Part shown: one piece after another, positions 8,647 to 19,512 of the stretch
How positions within the stretch are numbered: position 1 is the first letter of the stretch
Layout: each line of letters starts with the position of its first letter
Virus record (IMG/VR): IMGVR_UViG_3300044988_000363
Reading direction: 5' to 3' (one strand)
From: a virus
DNA: 64,000 bases
Program-made: the position numbers and the translations under genes
Notes under the pieces: model-generated
Seen by the model: only the letters and a program-made list of their open reading frames with translations
The model's database searches: none
What the model was told of the DNA's origin: nothing

Positions 8647-9627
8647 TTATGCCGCTTGTTCGGCCATTTCTACTGCAAGCTCAAGAGCCTTAGTCTTGAG
8701 ACCCTTGTTGTAGCCATACCAAGCCGACTGCATTCGAGTGTCAGCCGTACGACCGAGAACGTGATCGGTCATAAACGTAACAGCGTTAAAAGGCTGCCAC
8801 CAGCTGCCCTGAGCGAATTCGCTACCAGGCTGAGTGTCGAGAATACCGAGAGCCATATTGGCATTCTTCGAACGCTTACCCTCAACCTTATCTTCCGAAG
8901 TAGCACCAGCCAGCGGGAAGATACGCTCGAAGTACTCGACGATCGTTTCAGTCTTGGCCTTCTTCGAACCAAGGAACTGAGCCATCTCCTTATACTTCTG
9001 GAGCTTGTCGGTTGCAATGCCAAGCATATCCTTCACGTTAGCAGGGTTAAACTGCTTACGATGGGAAATCTTGACCATACGCTCTACCTTCGAACTGAGC
9101 GAGAGCGAGAGCGTATTGTTGCAAACGACTCGGATCGGCGTAAACCGAACGTCAGTAGAGAAACCATACTTGTGGAAATTAGAAAATAGAAGATAAGAGT
9201 CAATTTGATCTCCTTTGAAAAGCTCGAAAGATTCCTTGATCTTTGCGAGACCCCAAACGATCTGACCTCCCTTTAGCGAACCAGCGGTATGCATCTCCAT
9301 ATCGCCAGCCATCACAAACTCATTAAAGAAGTCGAACGCCTCTGCATTCTGCACGGGGTTCCAGTCGTCAGAGACAACGTCAAGCATCTTCTTGTCCTTC
9401 ATACGAACAAGAGCAGACTGACCTGTCTCCATTACACTATCCGGATCGTTTTCATCCAGAATAGCAAAAGTAGGAAACTTCTGGACTTCCCAATTGAGAC
9501 CAGCAGCTTCCAACATCTGTTCCGGGGTGAGATCCCCGAGAACCTTAACACCAAGACCATGCCACGGAACATCGCCAGCATAAGCCATCTGAGCGACACC
9601 ATCAACGAATTCGATTTCATGAGCCAT
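8647..9627 (-). CDS. DUF932/DUF945-type phage/plasmid protein
   Basis: MAY.G..PWHGLG, PVQNAEAFDFF, TAGSL.GG, FTPIRVVCNNTL, W..FNAVT motifs. Confidence 0.85.
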   Translation of the reverse strand: MAHEIEFVDGVAQMAYAGDVPWHGLGVKVLGDLTPEQMLEAAGLNWEVQKFPTFAILDENDPDSVMETGQSALVRMKDKKMLDVVSDDWNPVQNAEAFDFFNEFVMAGDMEMHTAGSLKGGQIVWGLAKIKESFELFKGDQIDSYLLFSNFHKYGFSTDVRFTPIRVVCNNTLSLSLSSKVERMVKISHRKQFNPANVKDMLGIATDKLQKYKEMAQFLGSKKAKTETIVEYFERIFPLAGATSEDKVEGKRSKNANMALGILDTQPGSEFAQGSWWQPFNAVTFMTDHVLGRTADTRMQSAWYGYNKGLKTKALELAVEMAEQAA

Positions 9628-9661
9628 TTTACTTCTCCTTCACATCAACCATCATATACAT

Positions 9662-9690
9662 AGTATAGCTCGATATTTTAAAAAAGTCAA
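9662..9690 (-). promoter_or_regulatory. sigma70-like early promoter
   Basis: TTGACT-17-TATACT followed by a GGTTGATG..AAGGAG leader. Confidence 0.8.
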
Positions 9691-12600
9691 GCGATCTTTT
9701 TGGCTTCGAGAGAGTCCTGAAAACCCTGATGGAACCCAGCATACCACTCTCGTTCACGATAGTGTTCCGACTGAACTAGCCTCTCGTTGCTCTGATCTAC
9801 GGAAAGATAATTATAGGGACAATCCTTTATAGACCCTCCCTCTACATAATGCGTTTTACCTTCGAGAAAAAATTGATTAGTATACTGCCATTCATTCATG
9901 TCGTTTATCCTTGACTTGAATCCAACAATTTTTAGGGTCATCGTGACACTGGACTTCCATTAAGGTGCCAGAGTCCTTCATCTTCTGTGTTATATATATT
10001 GCATCGAAATATGGGATAATCAAATATCCGCACATGAGCAATAATTCTAACCAAATTCTTTTTTTTCTCAGTCATGATGAGAACGAGTAATATGCATCAA
10101 TAATCTTTTGAAGTGGTCGCTCAAGACTATCATAATGTTCTTTATCTAAAATACCGCAAAGAATATCTTGATAATCTTCTGGTTCAAGAAACTGTTTTAG
10201 AATGTTTTGATATTGTTGACGAGTTTTTGGCTCTTCTACAGGAACACCCATTACATTAGGTACATCGTATTGCTTCATTTCTTCGGCAATACTACGTGCA
10301 ATGATAGTCTTTGCCTTACTGACAAAGTCTTTCATAGTTTCTAACTCTAACTGCTTTTTGGTTTTAGGAAAAGGTATAACTTCAGCGCTCACGACTCATA
10401 TCCCTTGGAACACATTTCACTTTGACATAAAAGATATCGCCTTGCCTCGGAGCAAGAGCACTCTTTGCTATTCTTTCATAGCCTTCTTTTGCACAACTCA
10501 TTGGAGTGTTTTGTATTTCTCCCATGATAATTGTTGTATCTCGACCACCTTCTTTACATTCAAAATCGGAAAGCATAGAATTACAAATTAATATGACTGG
10601 TATATATTGAATCATCCCTGACAACGTATACCAAATTTAGCTTCAGCCCCCATTACTTTACCATGTAGAGGACCAATCTTACATGCTTTAGATTCAATTT
10701 CTACATGTTGCTCGGTACACATTCCCGCAATGCACATATAGACAATAGCTGCAACGAGTTTCATTTTCGCTCCTTATACAAAAAAGGCATGCCAATTATG
10801 ATATAGAAACCAACCAGCCAATAGAGCAAAAGCTGCTCGAGGCTGAAAGGTGCCCACTAGTAGTAAAACAACTACAACAAGCTTTGGGTCAAAAAACATA
10901 TTATATCCTTTATGCTGCCTTCTTAACCTCAACAAAATGTTTCTTGAGATTGTCAGAAGCTTTGTTTAAAATTTCTCCAGAAACGCCAATACGAATAAGA
11001 TTAGACAACTCAATAATTTCTTCTTCTGAAATATCATTGGCTGGCTTAAACTCGAACAAATTAGACTGATTATATTTTTTAGTTGCCTTTGCCATACGAG
11101 TTCCTTTTAAATCTTTTGTAGGGTTGAATTCGTTTCTATAATTTCCATCTCACTGAGGGGTACGTATTCATTTGAATTTAGGCTAGAAAAAATCTGTTTA
11201 GCTGATTCTGCTTCTTCTATTGAAGAATAGAAACCAAGAACCAAACCCTTTTTCTTATGCATTAAAACATAATAATGAGCGTTTGTCATTTACTATTCCT
11301 TATGTTTAAGATTGAGTTTTATACATAACATATGATGCGGAAAACCCTAATAGAGAAATTAGAGCACACATAAAATTTACAGTAGGATAATCTGCAACAT
11401 ACATTAGCAATGCATTACACAATACAAAGAAACCATTAATCCACATCATCCAAAGATGGAACTTTTTACTAAAAATAAAATCACTCATTATATAGGCTTT
11501 CGCTGTTTAAAGAGACGGTCTACTTATTTACACTCCGAAGAAACTCCAGATACTTAGAAAGAGAAATATACCCATGGATCATAAGCATTTCCATAGCAGC
11601 GATCTTAGCTTCAATCTTTTCGTTATCAGTCATAGCTTAATCCAATCTCTACGTTTCTTTAGTTTATTCACTTTAACCTTAATATACCCTCTATTCATAC
11701 AGAAGGCAATAAGTTCAGTTACGTTCGAAGGAACCTTCTTCGAAATCTCCAAAGAAGCGGTTTGACAAACAGCCAAACCGTCCGAAATAGTTACCGGATC
11801 CTCCGACACGAATTCGTATTCTCTGGTATCCTCAAAGGAGATCATAGCGATTCAAGACCACGTTTATGGCATTCATCGACACAAGCCCAGTATTCCTTTT
11901 CATTGGCTCCACGAGCAGCAGCCTCTTGATTCCAATTACCTTCAGCAGCCATATAATACATATGCTGGCGCCAGAGACGATCCATTTCCTCGGTTAGTTG
12001 TTTATCAGTAAGCGTAGTAAAATCAGTCATGCCATTCTCCATCATCACATTCATAGAACACTCGCCCAAAATAAGTTTTGGGCATCACCATTTTAAGAGA
12101 TACGTCATATTCCATGACGGTGCGATCGGGATTTCGATGAATAACCTTACAATGTTGATCAAGCCATTCCTGCCGATCACCGCCAATGGTAATGACAAAA
12201 GTCATTATTATTGCAATAGCTATCGCTCCAATAACGATAACTACTAACTCTCTATCCATTACTCATACCCTTGACGAGTTTCTGCCCATATTCAATACGA
12301 TCACGGATGGCCTGTAGCTTACGCTTATGACCGTCCCCAGCAGTATAGTGTTCGGCCAGAGTTTCATATGCACCACAGACAGCAGCATTGTGTAGAACAT
12401 CTTCTGCAAGATATTCATAACGTGCTGGATCTCGAGCCATTTTATTACTATCTTCAACAAACGAATAGTAACAGGCTTCATATCCTTCATAGAGCATCTG
12501 AAGGAAGGCATCATCATAGGCTTCATAATTTAATTCTAAAGATAGTTTCATCACTTATAGATCTCCTCTAGTACACGTTCTAGAAAGCGAATAGGTTCTG

Positions 12601-13307
12601 AGTCATAGGCACCATATTTACTAAACTTCTTCATAATATCATGCATACCACTAAGAGTCTCTTGTATGGTATAGCCATTATTGACATAGTCTTCTAGTTC
12701 ATTGTTCAGTCTATTTGCTATGGACTCAATTTCATCCCGAGGGAAAGACATTGTAAACAGTTCCCACTGATCGGCTGAGAAGTCAGCCTTAATGGTAGGA
12801 GACTTTATGATTGTAAGATTGTGCATCACTTATCCTCCGTCCATCGCTTTCCACAATCAGGACATTCATATTCAAACCATTGACGATCCATAGAGGGATC
12901 ATAATTCCCGCTGGAAGACTTATAGGTCTTAGTAGCATTTATATGGGGACAAAGTTGCTGCAGGCTATTAAGATCAGACTCAAGATCCGATATCTGTGCT
13001 TCAATCTCAATACGATCTGCACGAATGCCCTTACATAATAGTTGGTCCTTTGTCATTATGATCTCTCGATCTTATCAATGCGACGTCGCATTGACGATCG
13101 ATCGATCTTATCAATGATTCCCTGCAGAAATTCGATCTCTTCTCGAACTGCATTCAATTCGCCGTCATTAAGTCCCCCATCATAGGGGTCAAATGCAACG
13201 TGCTTCTTGAGACGTTCTGCATATTCCTTGGCTTCCTGCAGTCGGGTATAAAGATCTTCTCTGATCTCAATCCACCGATCCGTGGTGTCTCGTGAATAGA
13301 ATTCCAT
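9687..13307 (-). CDS. Dense run of small hypothetical early-type ORFs (about 50-105 aa)
   Basis: Abutting or overlapping minus-strand ORFs with RBSs; no families recognised. Confidence 0.6.
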
Positions 13308-13451
13308 TTAGTCCTCCAGTGTTCCCGGAACAATCCAATAAGAGTGATCGGTGCTCTCATCATAGGGAGCCATATCCTGTTCGGTGAAATAAAAGGCATG
13401 ACCAAACATGCCAGGACAGATATACACCGACTGCCAATAAACGACAATCAT
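13308..13451 (-). CDS. 47-aa protein, VPGTLED family copy A
   Basis: MIVVYWQS...SYWIVPGTLED; paralogues at 13453 and 14456. Confidence 0.7.
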   Translation of the reverse strand: MIVVYWQSVYICPGMFGHAFYFTEQDMAPYDESTDHSYWIVPGTLED

Positions 13452-13452
13452 C

Positions 13453-13581
13453 TTAGTCCTCCAACGTCCCGGGAACTGCCCAGTAGGAGATATCAGCTTC
13501 GTCGCAGATGCACTCGCTAAGATAACGAATGAACGAGATATTTCGAGTGTTGTCATACCAATACGAATAAAAGACTGTCAT
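13453..13581 (-). CDS. 42-aa protein, VPGTLED family copy B
   Basis: MTVFYSYW...SYWAVPGTLED; own promoter and GAGGAG RBS. Confidence 0.7.
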   Translation of the reverse strand: MTVFYSYWYDNTRNISFIRYLSECICDEADISYWAVPGTLED

Positions 13582-13606
13582 CTCACTTCTCCTCAACCAT
13601 AGAATA

Positions 13607-13635
13607 ATTATACCACTCTTTTGATAAGAAGTCAA
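13607..13635 (-). promoter_or_regulatory. sigma70-like early promoter
   Basis: TTGACT-17-TATAAT. Confidence 0.85.
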
Positions 13636-14455
13636 GCTCGAACTTTAAAAGTCAAAAAATTTTGTTGCGGATTTTTTTAAAATCCATTCGGTAAAGTCAG
13701 TGTGACCTTTTGAGGTGTGTGGTTGACCTTTTGGGCATGTCGGGGTGTGTGGAGATAATACTAGGCTCCGGGTCCCCCGCACGAACATCAACCGATTTTC
13801 TAAAGGTGCGACTCACTTACGCCAACGTCGCCGGTAGCGCACCATGTCCACATACAACTCGATCCAGATGCCATATGCGAAACCAAGCGTGAACAGAGCC
13901 ACACAATCTCCAATCAGCTTCCAATCCATCTTCGTCTCCTAGTGATCCGTATTAAACCCTTCATACCCATCATACCACCAATACTTGCCCAAGTCAAGCA
14001 GAGTTTTCTCGGTGGCGATACCTTTCCTCTGACAATCCATCAGTGTCCGCCAGAGGAGATAATGAGAGAGATGATCCGCCATTATCTCTTCTCCAGAACA
14101 ACCGTATACTTTCCATCACTCCACTGCTTAGTCTTAACAATAGAGTAGCCAGCATGAACCCATTCTCTGGTCAGTCGGCGAACGTAGCGTAGATCGCCAG
14201 ATATGATCTTCTTGGGCTTATCCATAATCAATCCTCCAACTGATAAGAACCATGTTCCTCAATAACAGCATATGCTGCCCGGATCACATATTCATCCCTT
14301 GCATCATACTGTTCTTTTCGCATAAACAGTTCGACGATGGCCATCTTATGTGCTGTGGTTCGGTTTGTGTTCTTAGCCACTATTTCACCAAGAACGTTCT
14401 TGATGGCGTTATCCAAATCTTTCAGAGTGATGTTGAAAGTTCGGAACGTAGCCAT

Positions 14456-14599
14456 TTAATCCTCCAACGTTCCAGGAACAATCCACCATGAGCGATCGGC
14501 ATCACTGACAGGATACATTTCAGCTTCAGTCTCGTAACGAGCATACGACCATGAACCGATCGGATCGAGACACGTTGATTGCCAATAAACAACAACCAT
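14456..14599 (-). CDS. 47-aa protein, VPGTLED family copy C (absent from the ORF track)
   Basis: MVVVYWQSTCLDPIGSWSYARYETEAEMYPVSDADRSWWIVPGTLED, read manually. Confidence 0.7.
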   Translation of the reverse strand: MVVVYWQSTCLDPIGSWSYARYETEAEMYPVSDADRSWWIVPGTLED

Positions 14600-14946
14600 T
14601 ATGCAGCCTCCTGATCATATTCACCGTAGGCACGAGCACCGATTACTCGACTTTCGATCGAGTAGCTATCGAATGCGAGTATACCCTGTTTGTTGATATA
14701 CACCTCTTTGTGAAACTCAGCATCCTCTTGCGTGTGATAAACGCCCAGGAGCATCGTGTCTTCATATTCGATGTGTCCGAGCAGAACATAGACTTCCATG
14801 ATCAATCCTCCTCATCAACCTATATTCTTACTCTACGCCCATTCTGGATAAAAGTAAAGCTGAGACTGTGCTGTAACGTCAACTTTTTTTAAAAATAATG
14901 CCTGGACGAACCTAGAGCTCCGCAGAGACAATGATCCGCCCAGGAC

Positions 14947-14975
14947 TTGACTTTTAGGTGATAAAATGGTATACT
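14947..14975 (+). promoter_or_regulatory. sigma70-like promoter with no convincing downstream ORF
   Basis: TTGACT-17-TATACT. Confidence 0.7.
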
Positions 14976-15083
14976 TAGAAATTGTCTAACAGTGGGATGG
15001 ACTATCAGCTCTCGACGTCCCAGTCACTAATAGTCCATCCCTATCCTCAGAGCCACAGGATCAAGAGCCTGCACTCGGAGAGA

Positions 15084-15599
15084 TTAGACCAGAGCCTTAA
15101 CCTGGTCCATATTCAGGAACGTCGGAGCCTTGAAGGACTCAAGATCATTCGTGACAGCTTCAACATAAGCACGAGCCTCGTCAGCATCGAAGTTCTCGAC
15201 ACCAGTGGCCTGCGGTTCGGCATACTGTCCCTTGGCATACTTACGGCCAACAGCCTTCAGACGAGCAAGGTTCTTCGCACGAATGTCGGCGATTTCCTCG
15301 GCAGTCTTGGTCTTACCGAGCTTGGCCTTCTCGGCCTGTTCCTTGTCGCCAGCAACACGAGGAGCCGGAACCTTCTGGATCTTGCTCTTCGGAGCCTTAG
15401 CAGCCTTCGGAGCAGCCGAGCGAGTAGCCTTCTCGACAGTGCCGAGCGACGGATCAGCCTTGACACGGAGAGCATACGCTGCACGAGCGTTCTTCTCGGT
15501 CCAACCGAACTCCGCCTGCAGCAACGGCAGGACATCAGCCATCGCCTTACCAGCGTTTTCCTTCATAATGCGAATCACGATTTCAGTCTTCGTAGCCAT
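15084..15599 (-). CDS. Ala/Lys-rich basic early protein
   Basis: GAAGGAG RBS; AAPKAAKAPKSK region; higher-GC codon usage. Confidence 0.75.
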   Translation of the reverse strand: MATKTEIVIRIMKENAGKAMADVLPLLQAEFGWTEKNARAAYALRVKADPSLGTVEKATRSAAPKAAKAPKSKIQKVPAPRVAGDKEQAEKAKLGKTKTAEEIADIRAKNLARLKAVGRKYAKGQYAEPQATGVENFDADEARAYVEAVTNDLESFKAPTFLNMDQVKALV

Positions 15600-15997
15600 C
15601 TGCAGATCTCCTTCATCAACCTATATACGTATTCTACCCCAGATTTCGATATTCGTAAAGCCCCAAAAGTCAAATTTCTGAAGAAAAATGACTTTACCGT
15701 TCCAGATCAATAGCTTGTCAACGAAACATGATCCTCCACGTCATAGCCATAGAATTCGGGGAATTCTTGGAAGTACTGCAGGTAGGACTTGACTGCTACC
15801 CGAGATATGTTATAATAGGCTCTGTCAAAGCCATCGAAATAGAGGATCAGATTGAACGTATCGATCACTGGATCACCTCGAGGATCTGAACCAGAACAAT
15901 GAATACAGCCAAGCCAACGGTCATCAGTCCGAGGCCAATTACGTTCTGCATATCTTGGGTTCTCATCAGCAGTTCTCCTTTCAACCTTACATATATG

Positions 15998-16026
15998 ATT
16001 ATACCCAGTTTCGGAAAATTCGTCAA
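15998..16026 (-). promoter_or_regulatory. sigma70-like early promoter
   Basis: TTGACG-17-TATAAT. Confidence 0.8.
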
Positions 16027-16510
16027 GCGAAAAATGACTCTCTCGGCAACTTTTTTTGAGCTTGGTCTGTGCTGTAAGGAACACCTGCCCCGCCCAATAC
16101 CACTCCCTAGAGTATACTCCATTTTTGAGAAAAAGGCAAGCTAGGCTGTAGGGCTACCGCTAAAATAAATTTGCTCGTTACAGCACAGTCTCAGCTTGCC
16201 TTATAAGGGGATCAGCGGTAATATAATAATGGTAACTGAAGGAGAAACTCATGAAAGCGATTTATTTTCCCTTTAAAGGTTCAAATAATTGGGCTTTTAT
16301 TAATTCGTGGGTTAATTCATGCGGCCCAATTGGGGTTATATATTATGGGGAAAATGAAATGATGATCCCGGTATTAGCGACCGAATTAAATACCTATAAT
16401 AAAAAGCCTTTAGATTTTTATAAAAATTCGCCTAAGTTTAATAAACGACGGGGGTATAATGCCCCTTATTAATAATTAAAAAAACTTAGTAATTCTTGGC
16501 TAATTGTTAA

Positions 16511-16590
16511 TGCTCTTGGTTGTGTGTGGGTTTATAATAAGTTCAACAACCAAGAGCACCAACACGCATTAGCACGCATTAGCAAGCATA
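16511..16590. repeat. 12-bp inverted repeat followed by a 10-bp tandem repeat
   Basis: TGCTCTTGGTTG (16511) / CAACCAAGAGCA (16547); CACGCATTAG x2 from 16563. Confidence 0.8.
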
Positions 16591-17351
16591 TACGCCTCGA
16601 ATAGCGCAGAGATAAAAAAAAGGGGATTTTTTATACCCCTAAATATATTCCCTTATTATTATTCTTTAATCTCTAGGTATTCCCTATATTTCTCTCTTAG
16701 GAGTTGCCTATCCTCTATTAACATATGGGTTAGCGTTCCCATTAAATCATATTCCCTTCGGTATTCTTTTAATTGGCGTAATTGGTAGTATCTTAGGTAT
16801 AACTGGCCTATTATTGATTCTATTTCTAATTCTATATCCTCTACGGTTTTATTTTCCATTAAACCATTCCTTTCGCATTTCGCCTATTATATTAATAAAC
16901 CATTCAGGACCGAATATTAATACGCCTATTGCTAGTAATATAGAGCCGAATGATAGTATTAGACGGGCGGCGATATTTGATAGTAGTTTCATTTTATTCC
17001 CCCTCAATCTTAATATTCTTCCAATCCGGGAGTAATTCGAATAATACGCCTTTAATTTCTTTTAATACTCTACCCTCTACTATTTCCTCTACTCTGTATA
17101 TTTGATTATGATTATAATAAGCGGCGATTAATCTATAATAATTACCGTTCTTCTCTTTGATGATTCGCTTAGTCATTTCGTTTTCTCCTACTATTCCTAT
17201 TCTACGCCTTTCCGGAAAAAAGGCAAGCGCTGACTCTGCTGTAAGGCCAAGAAATTATTTTAAAAAAAATGACCCCATATGGTCTAGCTGGCGCTTGCCT
17301 TTTTCGGCGAAACGGGTATACTAAGAATATGGTTGATTGAAAGGAACTGAT

Positions 17352-18089
17352 ATGACTACGTTTACCTACCCGACTCAAGCTGAACTGTTGATCCTTATTG
17401 CTAAGACCGAGTTTAAGCCGTTCGATAAAATGGATTGGGACGCCTTTGCGGGTTGTGAAAGCGATAATCCGTTTATCGGCTATTCCGACGAGTTTACTAT
17501 CGTTCTTGACGGTCATCTTATTAATATTATTCATTCCGAAGATAGCTATGGCGGTCAGTTATTTGAATTGAATAAACTGGCCTAATATAGTATAATATTA
17601 ATATAATAAGAGGAGAGTTAATATGGATAATATTAACGAGAATTGGCTTATCCGCACCGACGAAATGGCCTATAAATTCGAACAGGGCGATCTAACCGTA
17701 GATAAGTTTACGGACGATCAATTAACCTATTTGATATACTGGAACTTCGGAGTTTCTGGTGTATCTATTATGAAAGAAACTAAACTCGCCGAAGAAGAAT
17801 TAATTCGCCGAGGTAATCCCTATTCCGAGGATTACGCCGATGAATTAAATGCTAAGACGGAGGATTATCTATGATTTATGATATATCTAAATGGTCGACC
17901 GAACAATTGGTTGACTTATTAAATCATTCAGGTTATAGTAGCGATGATATAGTTTCTTGTTACTATAAACAAACGCTGTCCGAGGGTCATATAGTCTTTA
18001 ATATAGACTACGAGAACCTAGATGGCGAATTAGAATCAGGTAATGTCTTTGTATTCATTCGCGATGGTAAACTGGTCGCTGAGTTCTAA
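17352..18089 (+). CDS. Three small acidic hypothetical proteins
   Basis: ORFs 17352-17585, 17623-17874 and 17871-18089 with RBSs, downstream of TTGCCT-16-TATACT at 17295-17322. Confidence 0.65.
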
Positions 18090-18090
18090 G

Positions 18091-18145
18091 TTGGTCGCAG
18101 CGTAGGTCAGCGAGTTGGTCCTTCACTTGGTCAGGAGATAGGTCA
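18091..18145 (+). repeat. 12-bp-period WGGTC array, 5 units
   Basis: GGT starts at 18093, 18105, 18117, 18129, 18141. Confidence 0.9.
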
Positions 18146-18450
18146 TGTCTTTTAGAGTTACAAATAACTTCGCCGATGCGAATATGACTGGTCTGGTTGG
18201 TTATGTTAATACAACCTACGCAGATCTGGTCGAGGCGTTCGGTCAGCCCCAGCAAGGCGGCGATAAGACTAATTCAGAATGGATTATTAAGTTCTCTGAC
18301 GGTCAGGTAGCGACTATCTATGACTGGAAAGAACCTATGACGCCGACCGATGATTATGACTGGCATATTGGCGGTAAACGCTCGGTCGTTGTTGAGCGTA
18401 TTGCTAATATTCTAGGTGTCGGTAATAACTGTTGGTCGACCGATAGGTAA
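18145..18450 (+). CDS. Hypothetical phage protein flanked by the periodic arrays
   Basis: AGGAG RBS; TYADLVEAFGQP...GDKT..EW....ATIYDWK...WHIGG. Confidence 0.75.
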   Translation: MSFRVTNNFADANMTGLVGYVNTTYADLVEAFGQPQQGGDKTNSEWIIKFSDGQVATIYDWKEPMTPTDDYDWHIGGKRSVVVERIANILGVGNNCWSTDR

Positions 18451-18587
18451 TCACTTAGGTCAGACGATAGGTCAACCCGCTGGTCATTAAGTTGGTCAGC
18501 GGGTTGGTATTGTCGTAGGTAACTGCGTAGGTAGGTCAGTTGGTCACATCATAGGTAAACCAGTAGGTGAGTCAGATGGTCAACAAA
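18432..18587 (+). repeat. 12-bp-period WGGT array, 13 units
   Basis: GGT starts every 12 bp from 18434 to 18578 without exception; spacers all different. Confidence 0.92.
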
Positions 18588-18873
18588 CATAATAGCGGCC
18601 AGCGCATAGATTAATCCGGCGAATAATCCTATTGCTAGGGTTTTACTCATCTTCCTCTCCCATATACTTGTCCCATTCCGCCGCCGTAATTCCGCTCTTA
18701 ATAAACTCTCTGGCGTCGGAGGACAACTCGGGGAATGCCTCTTGAATTAACTTCTCTCCTCGACGCCAAGCTAATAGGCGTAACTCGAACTCGTCCTGAT
18801 CATAGGCGGCAAACTCCATTGTATGCAGCTTGTTCGTGAATGGACTAGTCTTAGTAATTCTTGCTGTCATATA

Positions 18874-19509
18874 TCACCTAAATGATGGTCCGGCAACCCA
18901 CATAACCAAAGAGTTTCTTATTCCCTTTGTTACTGGTGTCACTTCGTGAATAGTAAATGATGGAAATAATAATACAGAGCCTCTTGTTGGTCTAATCTTA
19001 AAATCACGTGCATAAGGAAAACGTAGCTCGCCTCCTTCAAACTCATCTGGGTCTGAAAGTAATACAGTCAATGATAGCTTTCTTGCTATTGTATTATAAT
19101 CTCTATCCGAGTGAGCAATATAATGCTGCTCATCGTTGCCGTTATATTCCAGGAATTGCATAGGCTCTACGGGACCAGTCAAATCGAAATGAAAATGTCT
19201 TTGATTGGCCGTGACTACTACTTCTCTGATCCTCTCGATTACAAAAGCCAAATTCTCTTTTTGTTGTTCGGGCGACGCCTGATAAACCGTGCAGTTTCTT
19301 ACGCTCTTGTCAACATTTCCCTCGCCAACAGAAGAAACATTCGGCGTAGTGTTGTTCTTATAATAATCAATAATATCGTTACACTCTTTGGCGTCGAATA
19401 CCTTATGATAAATTGCGAACTCTTCTATATTGTCTCGATGTACTCCGGGAATATCAAAAATACTAGGTATCTTGATTTCATTTTGATCATCACCAGTATC
19501 AATAATCAT
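18874..19509 (-). CDS. 2OG-Fe(II) oxygenase
   Basis: HSD...RKLSLTVLLSDP.EFEGGEL...HEVTPVTKG.RNSLV.W. Confidence 0.9.
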   Translation of the reverse strand: MIIDTGDDQNEIKIPSIFDIPGVHRDNIEEFAIYHKVFDAKECNDIIDYYKNNTTPNVSSVGEGNVDKSVRNCTVYQASPEQQKENLAFVIERIREVVVTANQRHFHFDLTGPVEPMQFLEYNGNDEQHYIAHSDRDYNTIARKLSLTVLLSDPDEFEGGELRFPYARDFKIRPTRGSVLLFPSFTIHEVTPVTKGIRNSLVMWVAGPSFR

Positions 19510-19512
19510 TTA

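Noticed and set aside
14982-15713. 243-aa plus-strand ORF
   Set aside because: Antisense shadow of 15084-15599, which has the RBS and coherent composition.
18091-18587. CRISPR array or tetrapeptide-repeat gene
   Set aside because: The repeat core is only 5-6 bp with 6-bp spacers and no cas genes are present; the minus-strand frame has an in-frame stop and non-conserved residues.
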